A DNA stretch of 64,000 nucleotides from Candidatus Bathyarchaeota archaeon (GTDB lineage: Archaea; Thermoproteota; Bathyarchaeia; Bathyarchaeales; Bathycorpusculaceae), in NCBI GenBank assembly GCA_963832745.1, contig CAWHVC010000005.1:160001-224000 (forward strand), written 5' to 3'. This document shows positions 59,781 to 64,000 of the stretch, one piece after another. The notes below the pieces were generated by a model that saw nothing but the letters and a program-made list of their open reading frames with translations, did not search any database and was not told the DNA's origin. Every line of letters begins with the position of its first letter. The stretch's first letter is position 1. A program made the position numbers and the translations under genes.

Positions 59781-62408
59781 TTATTTCTTCCTTAATAATA
59801 GGAAGCCGACGAGTGCTACTACAACGATGATTGCTATGCCCATGCCTATTGTGAGTGTTGTCATTGTGTTGCTTAATGCGTCGATGTTATCGTTGTTTGT
59901 TACTGGTGTTGTTGGTGTTGCCGCTGCTGCACCTACTGAGATGCCTGTTGAAGAACTTGAGCTGCCGTAAGCTTGACTGCCTTGGAATGCAGCGATAATC
60001 TTGTAATCGCCTTGTAATTCTGGCGTCCATGTGAAAGCATATGTTCCGCTGTATGCATCTGAGATTGCTGTACCTATATCAACTGAGTTTCCGTTAGGAT
60101 CGATTGCTGTAAGCTTAACTGGAACACCTGTCATTGTTGCGTTGCCCCAAAGTCCACCAATGGGTATCTGCATGTGCAAATATTCCATTTGTGTTGTCAT
60201 TGAATCATCTGAAACACACGGTGTATCTAGTTGCGCAGGTGATAGGTCTAGTACTGTACCTTTAATTACAATACCTTGTCCCTCTGGAATTACTACGTCT
60301 GGTGCTGTGACTGTTGTTGCGCTTTGGCCTTTACCGAAAGAATATAGATATCCGTCATCTGGATTAGAGCTAAGGAGGTATCCGTCAGCGACAGCGCCGG
60401 GGCTCATTGACCCTGTTATGTTCCATATGCCTTCGCCTGTAAACATATCGATGCAGAATAGTTTCCAGCCTCTTGTTCTTGGGTATGATGGTGTGTGTTC
60501 TGTGTTGTATGTGTATAATTTGCCGTCAGCAATGAAACCGCCACCGTTGAATGGGTAACAGCTTTCGTTTCCTGAGTAGTATGATGATTCGAATGGGACT
60601 GCTGGTGATACAAAGTGCCATAGTGTGCTGCCGTCTGTCCAGTTATATGCGTAGATACCGTCGTAAGCGTTTCGGATAAGTATACCATATGCTGATTGTA
60701 CTGAGTATGCGCCGAAGCCTGCTGATGCCCATGGATAATCCATTTGTTCAGTCTTCCAGACGAAGTCACCTGTTCTAACGTTGTATGCATAGTAGTTGCC
60801 TTCTTCCATGACACAAGCAACTAATCCGTGGTCAGCTGTAAAGCTTGCAGTGCTGTATCTAGTTTCTGCATAAGTCTTGTTCCAGAGCAGATGTCCTGTT
60901 GTCAAATCAGCTCCAATCATCCATGTACCGTGGTAAACGCCTAGACCGTCTGGTGCTAGACCGTTCATCCATACGATTACGTTTGCTTCGTAGTCAACAG
61001 CGTAACCTGCATAGCCTCTAAGACCACCGTTGAAGGTTACGTATGGGAATGGTAATGAAACGTTGTTCATTATTCTGCTTGCAAAGTTTGCTGAGTTTCC
61101 AGCGGTTGTCCAGTTGATTAATCTGTATTGTGTGTTTGCACCTGTACCGATTGTTTGGATGCTAATGACGAATGGGTCTGCGTAGAAACCAGTTTGTGAA
61201 ACGCTACCTTGCATGCCACCGATTAACTGTGGAGTCAGGCCTGTAACGTTGCATGTGACTGCACCTGTGTATGGATCGATTTTTATTAGTTTGCCGCCTG
61301 CAAAGCTTATGAGTGATACGCTATAGGTTGTGTCGCCGCCTGCGCCTTCAAATGCACTTGTTGCTGGTGGAACGTATGAAACTACCTGAGGTGTTACTCC
61401 ACCTTGAGCGGTTGGGATAGCGTAGTATTGTTGTCCTGTTCGTATGTCGAAACATACTGCACAGCTTGTTGGCACACCGTTGATTGCTACGGTTTGGGTT
61501 GCATAGCCTCTTCCGTCATAGATAACGTCTGGAGCACCGCCTCTACCGGTTATTCCGTATTGTCCTGCGGTTCCACCGATCATGCCTGCTAAGGCAACTT
61601 GTTGTTTAAAGACAATGTGAGCAGTGTTTGGTGCTGTAACATATGGAACAAAGTTGTAGTTACTGCTGTATGCGTTTGTGTCTGCTGGCCAGTTGCTTCC
61701 ACCGCCTATGACACCATAGCCTGGATAGCTACCTAGAATTGGCCACCATGCTCTGTTTTCAAAGTGTACTGGGCGTGTCCAGTAGTCAGTTGGAAGTGAC
61801 GTTAAAGGCCATGACCATACCATGCTGTCTTGTACTGTAAGTGTTTGCCATTCAGTTGAATCTGGTTTATAGTAAGCTGAATCGATAACGTATGAACCTG
61901 GTGTGCCTTCATTGACTATGAAGCCATTTGTTCCCCATGTACCATTCGGGTAATAAGTGCCTGCAAAATCAAATTTGAGTTTCCATTCGCCAGCGACATC
62001 TGGTACAAATGAGAACCAACCGGTTGCATCAGCAAGATATGAATTGAATGGACCAACAGTGAAAGTTGTGTTATCTGGTTTCATGATTGTTACTGTATAG
62101 CCTATTTGGAATCTGTTAGGGTTAATTGGCGGGTTTGTCCACATGTTAACCAGTAGTGTTTGTCCTACACCGATGGGATTAGGTTGGAAGCTTAGGAATG
62201 CACGGGTATCAACTGTTATAGAGGGGTTAGCACCAGTAGGTAAGGTACCACTAACACCTGACCCAGCTTCTGTAGGCATACCGCCCATCATAACTGAGCT
62301 TTGTGCAGAGGATGCTGCGTTAGCTTCGAATGCAAAAGGAATCGATAGCAACATTATTGCAATACTGAATATAGCGATAATTTTGGTATTTAGTTTATAG
62401 TTTTTCAT
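59781..62408 (-). CDS. Membrane-anchored PQQ-like beta-propeller surface protein (paralog 4)
   Basis: Family motifs as in paralogs 1-3; GGAG before ATG 62408; TM plus RKK. Confidence 0.85.
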   Translation of the reverse strand: MKNYKLNTKIIAIFSIAIMLLSIPFAFEANAASSAQSSVMMGGMPTEAGSGVSGTLPTGANPSITVDTRAFLSFQPNPIGVGQTLLVNMWTNPPINPNRFQIGYTVTIMKPDNTTFTVGPFNSYLADATGWFSFVPDVAGEWKLKFDFAGTYYPNGTWGTNGFIVNEGTPGSYVIDSAYYKPDSTEWQTLTVQDSMVWSWPLTSLPTDYWTRPVHFENRAWWPILGSYPGYGVIGGGSNWPADTNAYSSNYNFVPYVTAPNTAHIVFKQQVALAGMIGGTAGQYGITGRGGAPDVIYDGRGYATQTVAINGVPTSCAVCFDIRTGQQYYAIPTAQGGVTPQVVSYVPPATSAFEGAGGDTTYSVSLISFAGGKLIKIDPYTGAVTCNVTGLTPQLIGGMQGSVSQTGFYADPFVISIQTIGTGANTQYRLINWTTAGNSANFASRIMNNVSLPFPYVTFNGGLRGYAGYAVDYEANVIVWMNGLAPDGLGVYHGTWMIGADLTTGHLLWNKTYAETRYSTASFTADHGLVACVMEEGNYYAYNVRTGDFVWKTEQMDYPWASAGFGAYSVQSAYGILIRNAYDGIYAYNWTDGSTLWHFVSPAVPFESSYYSGNESCYPFNGGGFIADGKLYTYNTEHTPSYPRTRGWKLFCIDMFTGEGIWNITGSMSPGAVADGYLLSSNPDDGYLYSFGKGQSATTVTAPDVVIPEGQGIVIKGTVLDLSPAQLDTPCVSDDSMTTQMEYLHMQIPIGGLWGNATMTGVPVKLTAIDPNGNSVDIGTAISDAYSGTYAFTWTPELQGDYKIIAAFQGSQAYGSSSSSTGISVGAAAATPTTPVTNNDNIDALSNTMTTLTIGMGIAIIVVVALVGFLLLRKK

Positions 62409-62692
62409 CAAGTTTTCTCCATATTTTAATTTTGTATAAAGAAGCAAATTGACGAAAAACAGTTATAAGACTCACTCACCTATCGAGAGCAAAACAATTT
62501 AACTACGAATAAAAAAATTACAAAAAAATAGCAAAAAAAGATAAAAATTTTAACTCCAAAAAAAACTTGTATCGCCCACTAAAACCATACTCAAGCATTC
62601 ATTCAAAGATAATTTTAACAAGGGTTAACAGTTTTTAAGAAGAGACACCAAAACAAACCATACAACATACAAAAAAAGAAAAAAGAAGATGT

Positions 62693-64000
62693 TTAAGGTC
62701 TTTTTCTAAGAACCAACACTGCTATTGCAATGGCAATAATGATAGCTACTGCTGCACCGATAACCGTTGTTATAGTTGTATTATTCACGGAGTCAAAAGT
62801 AATCGGTGATGGCGTCGATGATGCTGCGGGTGCTTCAAGAACGCTAGCATATGTGGTTGCAAAGGAACTGCCATAAGAATCATCACCCATGAAAGTTGCT
62901 GTTATCACATAGTCACCTGCTAATTCTGGCGTCCAAGTGTAGCTGAATGTTCCGCTATAACCGTCACTGGTCACTGTTGCAATATGCACTGAGTTACCGT
63001 TAGGATCAACAGCATCAATAGAAATTGGAACACCCGTAATTGTTTCGTTACCCCATAGGCCAGCTATTGGTTGTTGCATAAACAGGTACTCCATTTGTGT
63101 AGTCATTGAATCAGCTGAAACACAAGCCGTACCAGCCTGTGCTGGAGACATATCAAGAACTGTACCAGTAATTACTGCGCTTTGACCTATCGCTAACGAA
63201 ACTTGTGGAGCCGAAACTGTAGTTTCACTTTGACCTTTACCGAAAGCATATGTATATCCATCCCACGAGTTTGACGCTACCAAGTAACCGTCAGCAACTG
63301 CACCAGGACTAATTTCGCCTGACAGATGCCATAATTCTTCGCCGTTAGTCACGTTAACGCACCGGATAGCCCAACCTCTTGTTCTAGGCCAGCTTGCAGT
63401 GTGTTCTGTGTTGTATGTGAAGAGTTTGCCATCAGCTACAAATCCGCCTGTATTGAATGGATAAACTGATGTGCCATTTCCGTCGTTATAGGGGCTTTCA
63501 AAAGCTGCTAAAGCCGGTGAGGTATATTTCCAAGCAATTTCTCCAGTGTCCCAATCGAACGCGTAGATTCCATCGTATGCTTCTCTGAAAAGAAGACCAT
63601 AGCCTGACTGTAAAGCATAAGCTCCAAAACTAGCTGATGACCAAGGATAATCCATTGTTTCGCTTTGCCACGCCAAAGTTCCTGTTTGCAGGTCGTATGC
63701 TAAGAAGTATCCTAGCTGGGTAAGGACCGCGATTTTTCCGTGATCCGCTATGTAACATGATCTGCTGTACTGTGCTGTGTCAACTAGTTTATCCCAAAGG
63801 GCTACGCCGTCTGATAGTCTGTATGCTTGAATGTGCATTTGCTCATAAATTCCTGTTGAATTGTTCAGTTGAACTGCAGCTATTGCTACGCCTATGCCTA
63901 CATTAAAATCGACAAGAAGACCGTTGTTGAATGCATTAACTTCATCAGCGATAGCGGGGTATATTGACTGGGTAAGGCTAGGTCGGGCATAAGTAGTGTT
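62693..64000 (-). CDS. Membrane-anchored PQQ-like beta-propeller surface protein (paralog 5, 5' part outside the window)
   Basis: DHGK, MDYPW, EHT..TRGW, GTVLD.SPAQ, DPNGN, TM plus RKRP; frame open to the window end. Confidence 0.85.
   Translation of the reverse strand, partial: NTTYARPSLTQSIYPAIADEVNAFNNGLLVDFNVGIGVAIAAVQLNNSTGIYEQMHIQAYRLSDGVALWDKLVDTAQYSRSCYIADHGKIAVLTQLGYFLAYDLQTGTLAWQSETMDYPWSSASFGAYALQSGYGLLFREAYDGIYAFDWDTGEIAWKYTSPALAAFESPYNDGNGTSVYPFNTGGFVADGKLFTYNTEHTASWPRTRGWAIRCVNVTNGEELWHLSGEISPGAVADGYLVASNSWDGYTYAFGKGQSETTVSAPQVSLAIGQSAVITGTVLDMSPAQAGTACVSADSMTTQMEYLFMQQPIAGLWGNETITGVPISIDAVDPNGNSVHIATVTSDGYSGTFSYTWTPELAGDYVITATFMGDDSYGSSFATTYASVLEAPAASSTPSPITFDSVNNTTITTVIGAAVAIIIAIAIAVLVLRKRP

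Noticed and set aside
60031-60558. 175-aa + strand ORF and other long antisense ORFs over the propeller genes
   Set aside because: Antisense shadows caused by codon bias in the real minus-strand genes; no motifs.

Overview
Archaeal chromosomal window. Gene content (archaeal apgM, RIO2, SmAP/Lsm, TrmB, TATA/oligo-T signals) and the expanded surface-protein families point by inference to Bathyarchaeia. Housekeeping and metabolic genes (asnS partial, pyrG, fba, apgM, rnhA, trpS, pyrI, modABC plus a ModE-like regulator, nfnAB, glucan phosphorylase, rio2, Lsm) are interspersed with many secreted or membrane-anchored proteins. Main observations: (1) five paralogous ~860-aa surface proteins (signal peptide, Ig-like, PQQ-like beta-propeller, Ig-like, TM anchor) in two tandem arrays, with invariant motifs and visibly mosaic segments; (2) a recurring two-gene module of a secreted protein plus a homologous membrane-anchored partner, one copy resembling a caspase/gingipain-fold (clan CD) protease with a PepSY-like partner; (3) a cryptic three-gene micro-operon (RHH, Zn finger, unknown) behind a perfect palindrome; (4) an output-less 4-PAS protein coupled to glucan phosphorylase. 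About ten apparent single-base frameshifts, one in essential trpS, indicate indel errors in the assembly, so split genes should not be read as pseudogenes. I recognised no rRNA, tRNA, CRISPR array, transposase, integrase or reverse transcriptase.
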